64,000 nucleotides of DNA from Eledone cirrhosa (taxonomy: Eukaryota), in the NCBI GenBank assembly GCA_964016885.1, contig OZ024755.1:38254001-38318000 (forward strand). Direction: 5' to 3'. Below are positions 1 to 12,845 of this stretch, one piece after another; positions within the stretch are counted from its first letter, which is position 1; the number at the start of each line of letters is the position of its first letter. Made by a program: the position numbers and the translations under genes. The notes under the pieces were generated by a model. That model saw only the letters and a list, made by a program, of their open reading frames with translations, ran no database searches and was not told where the DNA came from.

Positions 1-29
1 AAAATATGGTAAGGAAAAGGTTAAGGTTT

Positions 30-560
30 TTATCTTCTTCTCTTCTTTGACCACTTATTCCTGAGAGGGCCATGGGCGCAGAACCCTAAACACTCCTTCC
101 AGCAGGTCCTGACAGAAACAACCATCTCCAACTGATCCAGCTGGATCCCCAATTGAGACCTTCCAAGCTCATGGATGTTATCCAACCATCTTACTCAGGG
201 TCTACACTAGCGTCTTCTGCCGTTTGGTTTTGTTCGTAAAATCAGTCCAGCAGTTCTTTCTTGAGACATTCTAACCACGTGCCCTTAGTATAGGAACTCT
301 GATCTCTCAAATTGAATGGGATCTAGTCCATAACACATCCTGACTTGTGAGCATCCCCACTCCCGCCTGTGCAGTCATTTCTGGCACCCACCTGAATAGT
401 GGAGTTTCCATCTTCCATCCAAATCTACAGTATCAGGGCCACAGAACTTTGTTGAGGAAACCCTGAAACTGGTAGCATCTAGCCTCCTCCACTAGTTCCT
501 GCTCCTTACCTCTAAGGGTTGTGATGTTCCAGGTTCCAATTTTCAAGATTTACTCTCTTC
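30..560 (-). mobile_element. Internally deleted, decayed RTE-clade LINE remnant
   Basis: Minus strand reads LKIGTWNITTLRGKEQELVEEA (AP-endonuclease N-terminus), then almost directly GHVVRMSQER...GRRR..RP..RWLDNIHELG (RTE ORF C-terminus), ending in a GAAGAAGA-like tail. Stops and frameshifts present. Confidence 0.65.
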
Positions 561-1066
561 TGGACCCTCTTTGGTGTTTTGGGATATGCAATGTTTGTGT
601 GTCCATCCCACGCCTCCTAGTACAGGTTGCAGGCCCATCGCCAGTTTTTGCGGCATAAAATGGAGACTGCAATATATTTTTCAAACAGACCCCTCTACCT
701 AAGGCCTGACTGTGGCCCTTGTTAACCCACATGAAGGACGATGTGGTATGGTTCTTTCTTGTTTTCCTCATCATATTGCAGTTTTGTTTTAGTGGTCTTA
801 TTCATGCCAGTCAGCAATTTGGATCTTTGTCAAACCCGTGAAGACTAGGCTTGTAGAAGTGCCCTATAATCACCTCATAGTTTTTATATTTATCTAAAAG
901 CCTTCCATCCTAATGAGAACTTTATTTTTATTAAGTCTCTTCAATTTTTCAATGTCTTTCATTAGAAATATAAGAAAAGCATTAAATATGTAGAGGTGGC
1001 CTTGGGTGGGTTGGTTGCTATTAAAACAGAGATCAGCCAATCTAATGAGAGTTTCTTTTATTTTAG

Positions 1067-1230
1067 CACAACTGGAGGAAAAGGGAAATGTTTGAATGTC
1101 CATGCCACAAGGAATGGTACCAAGGATGACGATGAAAACTGTGATAATAGTGTCTTATACAAGAAAGTACAAAGTGGAGGGGACATACCTATTTGGGGTT
1201 TGCAAAAACCAGCACCAGAGAAACCAAAGG
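1067..1230 (+). CDS. Internal coding exon of host gene (CAP/SORBS-like adaptor, tentative)
   Basis: Branch-like CTAAT and TTTCTTTTATTTTAG acceptor ending 1066; donor AGG|GTAAGA at 1230/1231. Encodes TTGGKGKC...LYKKVQSGGDIPIWGLQKPAPEKPK, recalled as similar to an invertebrate CAP/SORBS segment (not searched). Confidence 0.65.
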
Positions 1231-1439
1231 GTAAGATTTCTTTAAAAATTGCATCCTTAATAGGTATTTGCTTTTTATATTTATGTAAAAAAAAAAAAAA
1301 GAAGTATTTACTGTTTTGTACTGATTTTGTAATGACATTTTAATTAGTAATATCATTGATATTACTATTTTAATTAGTAATATCAATGATATTTTAATTA
1401 GTAAACAATGATCTACTCTTGTGAAGGCCACAGCATCTT

Positions 1440-1680
1440 AATGTGGTCTCACAGTAATAATGTTATGGGTTTGACTCCCAGGCCAAGCATTTCATTTGTG
1501 TTTTTGAGAAAGACTCTTCATTTCACATTGCTCCATTCCACTCAGAAGATAAATTAGTACCAGCAGCCTCAGGGAATTAACCGTGTGATGGAGAGGAGTC
1601 TCATCTTCCACTCTCACTTATTTAACACCAATGAAACTAGCATCACTCTCATGAGCATCTGGACTCAGAAAAGACTTTAA
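1440..1680 (+). mobile_element. Degenerate tRNA-derived SINE
   Basis: GGGTTTGACTCC B-box-like motif followed by TTTGAGAAAGACTCTTCATTTCACATTGCTCCA, similar to the SINE-A core. Confidence 0.5.
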
Positions 1681-1712
1681 CTTAGTATACTGTTACTTTT
1701 GTTACTCTGTAT

Positions 1713-1777
<65 letters not shown>

Positions 1778-2636
1778 GAAGGAGTTGTGGTAAGGCATGC
1801 AAACACTGATTGCGTAGGACTTACCTCGCCCTCAAACCCCCTAACGACCCGGGTGGGTAGACAATGGCTGAAACATCCCACTTGCCGAATAAGATAGGGG
1901 AAACCCCAGCTGACATAGGTAGATGTACCTCTTTTCTTTTCCTCTCTGTTTCCATTCTTCCCCCTGTCTCACCCTATCACTTCCTTCCACTCCCAATCTT
2001 CTTCCTCTTTCCTTTTTCCCCTTTCGCCTACCCCGAGGCAGCCCATCGGGCCTCTGTAGCCTCAGTACCCCCACCCCAGTAAATTAAAGATAGCATTGGC
2101 CGAAAATGCAGTAACTAATCATAGCAGCTGTCTTAGACCCCAGAGGTTTTGTATTACATTTTACTACCCAATTCTATAACTTCAAAAATTCTTATTTAGT
2201 ATCTTCTATTCACAACTTATTAACCTATTCTCTAGCAGTCGCCGAAAAAGCAACACTAACTAATTATAGCAGCTGTTTTGGACTCCACAGTCTTTGCGTT
2301 TGATCACTTCTTATATTCTATATTTTTATATATCTTTCTCTTATTTTTTTATTGTCTCCAAATCTCAATTGATTTACCTATTATATAACGTCCCTCCTCT
2401 ATTTTCTCCAGAACCCTTTTTCGCCTACTTCCTCTGGCCTAGTTTCATACACAAACCTTAGAAGTTGCTGTATAGATTTCACTTTCAACGCTTGACCGGC
2501 TCCACCCATTCTCTCATTGCTCTACAGGCAAGTTCAGCCACCCCCACCTCCCACCCACTGCCATGATAGACTTAATTGTGTTTACAAGAAATTTTGACCA
2601 ATCCTCTTGACAACTACAATCTTCCCATATAAGGAA

Positions 2637-2736
2637 GTACCCTTGAAAAGTTCGGCTATTTATTTACTAGGCTAAAAATCATAATTTAGTCCAGAAATAG
2701 CCATCGAAATGGCTTGAGCTCTGCCGTCGGGGACAT
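2637..2736 (+). ncRNA. Degenerate hammerhead ribozyme at end of a TA-bounded element
   Basis: GTACCC-TTGAAAA (decayed CUGANGA)-stem II (CGGCTATTT/AAATAGCC)-GAAAT-GGC..GCC-GTC-GGGGAC. Confidence 0.45.
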
Positions 2737-2743
2737 ACATTTT

Positions 2744-2783
<40 letters not shown>

Positions 2784-2784
<1 letters not shown>

Positions 2785-2970
2785 CGAAGGAAGTGTGTTA
2801 AGGAACCAGGTGGACCATAACGCACCAGAGTACTCGATACTTTGGGTAGTAGAGTGGGTAATAGGAAAATAGTCAGAACCACAACGGCAGAGCTCAAGCC
2901 GTTTCAACAGCTATTTCTGAGTCCAGAGACGGCTTGAGCTCTGCCGTCGGGGTTCTGACTATTTTCCTAT
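2784..2970. mobile_element. Foldback element with hammerhead 3' half
   Basis: Inverted arms TAGGAAAATAGTCAGAACC..GGCAGAGCTCAAGCCGT / ACGGCTTGAGCTCTGCCGTCGGGGTTCTGACTATTTTCCTA between (TA)n tracts. Confidence 0.65.
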
Positions 2971-2994
2971 ATATATAATATGTGTGTGTGTGAG

Positions 2995-3202
2995 TCCTGG
3001 GTTCAATCCGGGGGTAACCACAGTAAGTAAGGTACTTAATACATTAGTAAAGTGTATACAACAAAATTTAATATAGAAATGGCTTCTACAGGACTAGAAC
3101 TGTTTCCTTCAAAGGAAATCATCAGGTAAAGCTTTTTCTGATGGTTTCTTTTTAATGAAACTGTTCTAGTCCTGTAGAAGCCATTTCTATATAAAATGTT
3201 GT

Positions 3203-3210
<8 letters not shown>
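2995..3210. mobile_element. Foldback element with two opposed hammerheads (about 3082-3132 minus, 3131-3181 plus)
   Basis: Minus: CTGATGA-TTTCCTTTGAAG-GAAA-CAG-TTCTAGTC-CTG-TA-GAAGC. The plus copy has CTGATGG. Sister copy at 13615-13803. Confidence 0.7.
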
Positions 3211-3251
<41 letters not shown>

Positions 3252-3592
3252 TCACACACATACATACATAAAAACAGTGTGTGTGTAAATTAGGTGAGTT
3301 AAGAAAAAACTGACGTGTGAAGATGAATGGCTGGTTCATTCCAAGTTCAAATCCTGCCCAGTTCTACTTTACCTTTCATTCTTCATAAGATAACATAAAT
3401 ATATCAAGACGAAGCCAATCAATCAATACATATCAAAATAGTATTTAGTTATCTATCATTTCTTTTTTAATATTTAACATTATTGATACGAAAGCAGCTG
3501 ATACCACAGGTTTAACACTACAGATCTTTTTGTTTTAAAGTGTTTATATTTGTCAAAAAACTTCCATCATAATTTTATGTAAGAATCTTTTG

Positions 3593-3714
3593 TTAACTCT
3601 TTAGCATTCACATTACTCTATATATACTATTATATTTTCATGGTAAAGGCTTTACCTCGCATAATTATCTCACATAATATCGAATCTATGAGATTTTGAA
3701 CATTAAAGGGTTAA
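3593..3714. mobile_element. piggyBac-like MITE, short copy
   Basis: TTAA-CTCTTTAGCATT...TAAAGGG-TTAA; internal sequence shared with 37706-37928. Confidence 0.5.
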
Positions 3715-3843
3715 ACTTGTATTCTAAATACCAACTGAATAATGAAAAAGTTATATTGTACCAAAATCTTGATTATTTTAAAAAGTTGTTTGCTATTCTT
3801 TGGTAGTGTCTTTTGTTAGAAATATTGCAATGAAAGGGTTACT

Positions 3844-3873
<30 letters not shown>

Positions 3874-3876
<3 letters not shown>

Positions 3877-4205
3877 GAGGCACATGGTTTAGTGGTTAGA
3901 GCATTGGCCTTGCAATCGAAAGGTTGTGAGTTCAATTCTCAGACCGGGTGATGTGTTGTTTCCTTGAGCAAGAGACTTTATTTCACATTGCTCCAGTTTA
4001 CTCAGCTATAGAAATGAGATGATAGGGACTGGGTTCCCTATCATTCCACTGCAAAGTGGTCGTGGAGGTGCCACGGCAAAAAAGCACCCAGCAATCACTG
4101 TAAATGAGGTTGGTGTTAGGAAGGGCATCCAGCTGTAGAAATCGAGCCAGAATCAGTTCCCATCCCACCCTTGCAAGCAGGGAAAAGCGGACGTAAAATG
4201 AAATG
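3874..4205 (+). mobile_element. SINE family A (tRNA head, conserved core, RTE-type tail)
   Basis: TGGTTTAGTGG A-box, GAGTTCAATTC B-box, CCTTGAGCAAGA core and GGACGTAAAATGA tail; about 10 near-identical copies in the window. Confidence 0.9.
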
Positions 4206-4221
4206 AATAATAATAATAATA

Positions 4222-4585
4222 ATACAAGGACAATTTGTTAAGCCTTCATTATGTTTATTGATTGGTGACGTGCGTTGTTTCGCTATTGATCAGCTAACTG
4301 TTCGATTGTACCGATCTAGCCCGACTCTGGAATCAAAAGCTCGTCGAACGTCTGTGGTAGTAATGACAGAATCCTGACGAGCTTTCGGGCCAGATCGATA
4401 CAGATCGAACCTTGAGCTGATCAATAGCAAAACGTGCGTCACCAATCAATAAACGTAATGAAGGCTTAACAAACCGTCCTTGTATATTACACTCTGTCTA
4501 GCTCTACATCTCGCTACAGACGTGAACCTAAACATTGAGTTCTCATCTGGGTGAACCTACAGTAACTTTATGTTACACTCCCTGG

Positions 4586-4590
<5 letters not shown>
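4222..4590. mobile_element. Long imperfect foldback element with hammerhead-like motifs
   Basis: Arms about 4222-4322 and 4390-4484; CTGACGA-GCT...AGC-(G/A)AAAC-GTGC-GTC; unpaired tail then (TA)n. Confidence 0.6.
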
Positions 4591-4620
<30 letters not shown>

Positions 4621-4625
<5 letters not shown>

Positions 4626-4828
4626 TAAATCATGTCTTTAGAATCATCAGATAAAATATATACTATTTCTTCTTCTAATTAGCATATTTATATGGTTAAT
4701 TATGCTAATTAGAAGAAGAAATAGTATATATTTTATCTGATGATTCTAAAGACATGATTTATGATATATTGCTCTGATTTTTTAATTTATTAATTCTTCA
4801 TAGAGCTTAAAAGTGACCAGTTGCAACA
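4621..4828. mobile_element. Foldback element with truncated hammerhead
   Basis: About 66-bp perfect inverted repeat (4621-4686 / 4702-4767) containing TATTTTAT-CTGATGA; GAAA half missing; TA-flanked. Confidence 0.65.
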
Positions 4829-4879
4829 TATATATATCTATAACTTTATGTATATGTTAACCTTTATATATATATATAT

Positions 4880-5216
4880 ATCATCATTTCGTTTTAAGTC
4901 CGCTTTTACCCTGCTTGCAAGGGTGGGACGGGAACTGATTCTGGCTCGATTTCTACAGCTGGATGCCCTTCCTAACACCAACCTCATTTACAGTGAGTGC
5001 TGAGTGCTTTTTTGCCGTGGCACCTCCACGACCACTTTGCAGTGGAATGATAGGGACCTCAGTCCCTATCATCTCATTTCTACAGCTGAGTAAACTGGAG
5101 CAATGTGAAATAAAGTGCCTTGCTCAAGGAAACAACACATCACCCGGTCTGAGAATTGAACTCACAACCTTTCGATTTCCAGGCCAATGCTCTAACCACT
5201 AAGCCATGTGCCTCCA
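4880..5216 (-). mobile_element. SINE family A
   Basis: Full-length reverse copy. Confidence 0.9.
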
Positions 5217-5954
5217 TATATATATATATATATGAAAAGGGACTAAACTTTGTGAGTGAACATCGTTAATTTTCTCCCTCATATCAAGGATTTGAAGACA
5301 ATTCATTTTGACTTGACGAGATCAGTGATAATCGATCATGGCTACACGATCGATCTATCTCTTATTGAAACGTGTCGTGATTAAAATGATTGAAAATTTA
5401 TACCATGCCTTCGGATCTTTATTTTGATACAAATACTCCGTTTTACATCATCTGGCTGTTCCCATAAATGGAATTGGAGATATACAAAAGTGTGGAGAAC
5501 TTAATATTGCTAACAAAAATGCTATTGGACCATTTGACACAACCAATAATACACCTTACTATATAACAACTATATATATATATATGTGTATATGTATATA
5601 TAACAACTATATATATGTGTGTATATGTATATATGAGTAAGTTTATTTTGAAACAGCAAAAGAATTTGAATTTAGAAATAGAAGCTTTTGCCGTATTTTT
5701 TTTACTAAAGAAATTTTAGGCTGACAATGGGGTTTAGAACCCTCTAGGGAATGGTAAAAGATGAGTATTGAGGTAGATGTGAGTCGATGTGTTGGTGTAA
5801 TGGTAGCACAGTGGTCTGGATAACCAAAGATGTGGGGTCGACTGCCAGGTACGTCAATACTCAACCTTTAGTCTTTACTTTAATACTATAGATTTTCACA
5901 ATAATTTATTTACTAGTAAAGTTTTTATATTATAAATATTTTGATTAATAAACA

Positions 5955-6540
5955 AGTAGGAGAACCAAGAGTAGACCCCAAGCAAGGTGGCATCCATGAG
6001 CTTGGCTGGTCATGCTTGGGGATCCAACCGGATCAGTTAGAAATGGTTGCTTCTGACAGGAGCTGCTGGAGGGATGTTTGAGGACTCTTCCCCCACAAGC
6101 TTCTGGTTACTTCTGACAGGACCTGCTGGCGGGAATGTTTGAGGACTCTGCCCCAGGACCTGCTGGAGGGAATGTTTGAGGACTCTGCCCCCAGGACCTG
6201 CTGGAGGGATGTTTGAGGACTTTGCCCCCAGGACCTGCTGGAGGGAATGTTTGAGGACTCTGCCCCCAGGACCTGCTGGAGGGAATGTTTGAGGACTCTG
6301 CCCCCAGGACCTGCTGGAGGGAATGTTTGAGGACTTTGCCCCCAGGACCTGCTGGAGGGATGTTTGAGGACTCTGCCCCCAGGACCTGCTGGAGGGAATG
6401 TTTGAGGACTCTGCCCCCAGGACCTGCTGGAGGGATGTTTGAGGACTCTGCCCCCAGGACCTGCTGGAGGGAATGTTTGAGGACTCTTCCCCCACGACCT
6501 TCTCAGGAATAAGTGAGTAAAGAAGAAGACAAAGAAGAAA
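5955..6540 (+). mobile_element. RTE 3' fragment with internal 37-38 bp minisatellite
   Basis: Matches the reverse complement of about 30-200 (CATCCATGAGCTTGG..GGGGATCCA..TCTCAGGAATAAGTG). Unit CAGGACCTGCTGGAGGGAATGTTTGAGGACTCTGCCCC, about 11 copies. Confidence 0.75.
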
Positions 6541-6914
6541 CAACTTATATTTAAATATTTTCTACAAAATCCTTACAGAGTATTAAGCCAGTGACTTGTG
6601 TTTAGTTTGTTGTGCAGCTTAGTTCAACATGTGCTGACAAGATGTGTCATCTCAATTGTACTGTTTTAGGCTTGAAGACTTTTTGTTTTGGAAAAATATT
6701 GTCTGTCTATTTATATAACAAATGTCTGACATAAATGTCTATAGTTTCCCAGCTTTCTTCTGAAGTGTTTGTTATGACAAGATGTGATTTTATTGCCATG
6801 CTTAATAACAATTGACCATTGCTATTGAATGATGATAGCTTTATTTATACATCTTTAGAACCAATGTGTTCTGTCCTCCATAACTAATAGTAAGTTGTGT
6901 TTAGGTAAAGGATC

Positions 6915-7552
6915 TATTGCAGCTATAGTGTTAGTGTTTAGGTATCAGATATATTGTAGGTGTAGTGTTTAGATATATTGTAGCTGTAGTGTTTAGATAT
7001 GAGGTATGTTGTGGCTGTAGTGTTTAGGTATACTGTACTGTAGTGTCTAGGTTTACTGTACTGTAGTGTTTAGGTATACTGTAGCTTAGTGTTTAGGTGT
7101 GAGGTATGTTATGGCTGTAGTGTTTAGATATATTGTATCTATAGTGTTTAGATATACTGTAGCTGTAGTGTTTAGGTGTGAGGTATATTGTAGCTGTAGT
7201 GTTTAGGTGTAAGGTATATTGTAGGTGTAGTGTTTAGATATGAGGTATGTTGTGGCTGTAGTGTTTAGGTATACTGTACTGTAGTGTCTAGTTATACTGT
7301 ACTGTAGTGTTTAGGTATATTGTAGCTGTAGTGTTTAGGTGTAAGGTATGTTGTAGCTGTAGTGTTTAGATATGAGGTATGTTGTGGCTGTAGTGTTTAG
7401 GTATACTGTACTGTAGTGTCTAGTTATACTGTACTGTAGTGTTTAGGTATATTGTAGCTGTAGTGTTTAGGTGTAAGGTATGTTGTAGCTGTAGTGTTTA
7501 GATATGAGGTATGTTGTGGCTGTAGTGTTTAGGTATACTGTACTGTAGTGTT
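6915..7552. repeat. Degenerate 20-27 bp tandem repeat with higher-order block
   Basis: GTAGCTGTAGTGTTTAG-based units. Confidence 0.85.
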
Positions 7553-8705
7553 AGTGCAGGGCTCCCCCACTACATCACTGTTTTGTTGGTCTTCAGTGAA
7601 TAACAATTTTGGTGATTCAGTTGCCTTTGAAGTAAGTAATAGGGATGCAATTATTGTATGATTGAACATCCATTAGTGTTCTTTCTGTTTGTATGCTAAT
7701 CAACTCCCCTCACCCCAGCCCACATGGTGGGTTGGGGTTGTCACACTCCACTGATGGTCTTATCGGAGTACAACCATCTAATGTTTCAAATCTGACAACT
7801 CCATCATCAACACTGATCAATCATACCTAACATCTCTCGATACCTATTGAATTAGAAGCCGAGGCTGATGAAATCTTCTTGCATCATTTAATTTTCCATG
7901 CTAGCATGGGTTAGCTTGGTTGTCCTATTATGTGACAAGTGAGTCCAGGAGATCACATCAAACACTGATAGTTTATTGGTTCATCTTTACATTTAATTAA
8001 TTTACATATAATTAATTGCCTTCTCTATTCTGTCCAGTGGGGCTGGGGGGCAGCCAGTATGTGGGACCCCATTTGCTCATAATAGTGAGAGATGGGGAGG
8101 GTGAGAGAGATGGAAGCAATGACAGTGGGAGTTTGGCTCCTCTGTGTTCGGACCTGCTTTACATGTGTGTGTATGTTTACACTATCGACCCTTCCATCTT
8201 GTTAAAATAATTGTAGTATTTTGTACTGGATACAACACAAACTGTACTTTTTTATATTAACTTGGATTTCCCTGATTTGTTGTTAGTGCCATCAATCCTA
8301 CTCTTACCCTGGAGCCTTGAAGATAGGTTGTCATAGCATCCACAGTCACAGGACGTTGTATTAACATCAGGGATGTTTGAATATAGGGGCTTCAAATCCT
8401 ACTGCTTCGGGTTTGTGTTGCAGTTTGTTTTCTAATTGCCAATGTACTCCTGTTGTCACAACACCTGACAGAAGGCACAGTGTTCTTCATAAACCTTCCT
8501 GTATTTATTGTAGTTATGTTATATGTATAGCCAGTGCCTTCGGTAGGTTTTCTTGGGGTCACACTTTATAACTGTTGTGTTTACTTTGGACCAAATGTTT
8601 TTAACTTTCGATTCATTGAGTGCTTTGTGATTGCCTCAAACAAATCTAATATTACGTACTGTACAACAGCTAAAACTTTGATTTACAACTATTACATATA
8701 TTTAT

Positions 8706-8855
8706 TTATCACATCATCAGTCTGAGGAGCAGATCGATACTGGTGTTGGGGCCATAACTCCTATGGGTCACCTTGAGCCAATCCCCTGCAAAACACACAT
8801 AAAAGGTCAATACACAGTAAACATTTTTTATATGTAAATGAAACTTCCTGTTTCT
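8706..8855 (+). mobile_element. Decayed hammerhead element (family of 17310-17401)
   Basis: CAGT-CTGAGGA-GCAG...CTGC-AAAACACACATA; GAAA mutated. Confidence 0.6.
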
Positions 8856-8914
8856 ATTACACACACACACACACATACCCTTGTGTGTGTGTATGAATGT
8901 ATAAATGATGAAAA

Positions 8915-11900
8915 CCCCTCTGTCCTGTTTACAACCTCTACACTACTAACTTAACCCCCTCTGTCCTGTTTACAACCTCTACACTACTAACTTAACCCCC
9001 TCTGTCCTGTATACAACCTCTACACTACTAACTTAACCCCCTCTGTCCTGTTTACAACCTCTACACTACTAACTTAACCCCCTCTGTCCTGTTTACAACC
9101 TCTACACTACTAACTTAACCCCCTCTGTCCTGTTTACAACCTCTACACTACTAACTTAACCCCCTCTGTCCTGTATACAACCTCTACACTACTAACTTAA
9201 CCCCCTCTGTCCTGTATACAACCTCTACACTACTAACTTAACCCCCTCTGTCCTGTTTACAACCTCTACACTACTAACTTAAACCCCTCTGTCCTGTTTA
9301 CAACCTCTACACTACTAACTTAACCCCCTCTGTCCTGTTTACAACCTCTACACTACTAACTTAACCCCCTCTGTCCTGTATACAACCTCTACACTACTAA
9401 CTTAACCCCTCTGTCCTGTTTACAACCTCTACACTACTAACTTAACCCCCTCTGTCCTGTATACAACCTCTACACTACTAACTTAAACCCCTCTGTCCTG
9501 TTTACAACCTCTACACTACTAACTTAACCCCCTCTGTCCTGTTTACAACCTCTACACTACTAACTTAACCCCCTCTGTCCTGTTTACAACCTCTACACTA
9601 CTAACTTAACCCCCTCTGTCCTGTATACAACCTCTACACTACTAACTTAAACCCCTCTGTCCTGTTTACAACCTCTACACTACTAACTTAAACCCCTCTG
9701 TCCTGTATACAACCTCTACACTACTAACTTAACCCCTCTGTCCTGTTTACAACCTCTACACTACTAACTTAACCCCCTCTGTCCTGTTTACAACCTCTAC
9801 ACTACTAACTTAACCCCCTCTGTCCTGTTTACAACCTCTACACTACTAACTTAACCCCTCTGTCCTGTTTACAACCTCTACACTACTAACTTAACCCCTC
9901 TGTCCTGTTTACAACCTCTACACTACTAACTTAACCCCCTCTGTCCTGTTTACAACCTCTACACTACTAACTTAACCCCTCTGTCCTGTTTACAACCTCT
10001 ACACTACTAACTTAACCCCCTCTGTCCTGTTTACAACCTCTACACTACTAACTTAACCCCTCTGTCCTGTTTACAACCTCTACACTACTAACTTAACCCC
10101 CTCTGTCCTGTTTATAACCTCTACACTACTAACTTAACCCCCTCTGTCCTGTATACAACCTCTACACTACTAACTTAACCCCTCTGTCCTGTTTACAACC
10201 TCTACACTACTAACTTAACCCCTCTGTCCTGTTTACAACCTCTACACTACTAACTTAACCCCCTCTGTCCTGTTTATAACCTCTACACTACTAACTTAAC
10301 CCCCTCTGTCCTGTATACAACCTCTACACTACTAACTTAACCACCTCTGTCCTGTTTACAACCACTACACTACTAACTTAACCCCCTCTCTCCTGTATAC
10401 AACCTCTACACTACTAACTTAAACCCCTCTGTCCTGTATACAACCTCTACACTACTAACTTAACCCCCTCTGTCCTGTTTACAACCTCTACACTACTAAC
10501 TTAACCCCCTCTCTCCTGTATACAACCTCTACACTACTAACTTAAACCCCTCTGTCCTGTATACAACCTCTACACTACTAACTTAACCCCCTCTGTCCTG
10601 TTTACAACCTCTACACTACTAACTTAACCCCCTCTCTCCTGTATACAACCTCTACACTACTAACTTAACCCCCTCTCTCCTGTATACAACCTCTACACTA
10701 CTAACTTAACCCCTCTGTCCTGTTTACAACCTCTACACTACTAACTTAACCCCTCTGTCCTGTTTACAACCTCTACACTACTAACTTAACCCCCTCTGTC
10801 CTGTTTATAACCTCTACACTACTAACTTAACCCCCTCTGTCCTGTATACAACCTCTACACTACTAACTTAACCCCTCTGTCCTGTTTACAACCTCTACAC
10901 TACTAACTTAACCCCCTCTGTCCTGTATACAACCTCTACACTACTAACTTAACCCCCTCTGTCCTGTTTACAACCTCTACACTACTAACTTAACCCCCTC
11001 TGTCCTGTATACAACCTCTACACTACTAACTTAACCCCCTCTGTCCTGTTTACAACCTCTACACTACTAACTTAACCCCCTCTGTCCTGTTTACAACCTC
11101 TACACTACTAACTTAACCCCCTCTGTCCTGTATACAACCTCTACACTACTAACTTAACCCCTCTGTCCTGTTTACAACCTCTACACTACTAACTTAACCC
11201 CCTCTGTCCTGTATACAACCTCTACACTACTAACTTAACCCCCTCTGTCCTGTTTACAACCTCTACACTACTAACTTAACCCCCTCTGTCCTGTTTACAA
11301 CCTCTACACTACTAACTTAACCCCCTCTGTCCTGTATACAACCTCTACACTACTAACTTAACCCCCTCTGTCCTGTTTACAACCTCTACACTACTAACTT
11401 AACCCCCTCTGTCCTGTTTACAACCTCTACACTACTAACTTAAACCCCTCTGTCCTGTTTACAACCTCTACACTACTAACTTAAACCCCTCTGTCCTGTA
11501 TACAACCTCTACACTACTAACTTAACCCCCTCTGTCCTGTTTACAACCTCTACACTACTAACTTAAACCCCTCTGTCCTATTTACAACCTCTACACTACT
11601 AACTTAACCCCCTCTGTCCTGTTTACAACCTCTACACTACTAACTTAACCCCCTCTGTCCTGTTTACAACCTCTACACTACTAACTTAACCCCCTCTGTC
11701 CTGTTTACAACCTCTACACTACTAACTTAACCCCTCTGTCCTGTTTACAACCTCTACACTACTAACTTAAACCCCTCTGTCCTGTTTACAACCTCTACAC
11801 TACTAACTTAAACCCCTCTGTCCTGTTTACAACCTCTACACTACTAACTTAAACCCCTCTGTCCTGTTTACAACCTCTACACTACTAACTTAACCCCCTC

Positions 11901-12232
11901 TGTCCTGTTTACAACCTCTACACTACTAACTTAACCCCCTCTGTCCTGTATACAACCTCTACACTACTAACTTAACCCCCTCTGCCCTGTTTACAACCTC
12001 TACACTACTAACTTAACCCCCTCTGTCCTGTTTACAACCTCTACACTACTAACTTAACCCCCTCTGTCCTGTTTACAACCTCTACACTACTAACTTAACC
12101 CCCTCTGCCCTGTTTACAACCTCTACACTACTAACTTAACCCCCTCTGTCCTGTATACAACCTCTACACTACTAACTTAACCCCCTCTGTCCTGTTTACA
12201 ACCTCTACACTACTAACTTAACCCCCTCTGCC
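8915..12232. repeat. 40-41 bp minisatellite, about 80 copies
   Basis: Unit CCCCTCTGTCCTGTTTACAACCTCTACACTACTAACTTAAC. Confidence 0.97.
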
Positions 12233-12323
12233 TCACTCCACAAACAATATAGTAATTACCTGATCCACTACCCCATAATTATTTTCATTTTATTTCCTTC
12301 CTCAATCACAGTAATTATTATTA

Positions 12324-12333
12324 TTAGTAGTAA

Positions 12334-12366
<33 letters not shown>

Positions 12367-12375
12367 CAGCAGTAA

Positions 12376-12416
<41 letters not shown>

Positions 12417-12568
12417 ACACTAGTAGTAGTAGTAACAGTAGTAGTAACAGTAGCAGTAGTACTAGTAGTAGTAACAGTATTAGTAGTAGCAGCAGTAGTA
12501 GTATTAACTGTAGTAGTATTAGTAGTAGTAGTAGTATTAACTGTATTAGTAGTAGTAGTAACAGCAGC

Positions 12569-12599
<31 letters not shown>

Positions 12600-12641
12600 A
12601 GAGTAGTAGTAGTAGTAACAGTAGCAATAGTAGTAGTAGTA
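12324..12641. repeat. (AGT)n microsatellite
   Basis: Imperfect AGT/AGC run. Confidence 0.95.
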
Positions 12642-12679
12642 TATACTAACCCTGTGGTTACTACTGTCTTTTATGGTTG

Positions 12680-12845
12680 GTCGACTACTGGACCAGGCAA
12701 TATGTTATGTCCTTGAGCAAGACACTTTATTTCACGTTGCTCCTTCTACCTGGAGTTGCCACCGATAGATAGTATTAGCAATTGGAAAGGCCAATGAAAA
12801 CATTGTTTCCTCGGTCCTATTGATGAAAATCGATCGACTGTCGAT
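12680..12845 (+). mobile_element. SINE family C, 5'-truncated
   Basis: Core plus CTTCTACCTGGAGTTGC..GATAGTATTAGCAATTGGAAAG tail, as at 55995-56208. Confidence 0.7.

Noticed and set aside
3874-3950. tRNA gene
   Set aside because: A/B boxes belong to SINE heads; no complete cloverleaf.
5300-5392. Hammerhead-like TTGACGA..GAAACGTGTC
   Set aside because: C3 mutated and stem I out of register; similar doubts apply to 14160-14210.
8915-12232. Telomeric array
   Set aside because: TTAACCC resemblance only; unit is 41 bp, not (TTAGGG)n.
12268-12627. Poly-Leu ORF and similar YIYI, SLSL and CVCV ORFs
   Set aside because: Microsatellite translations.
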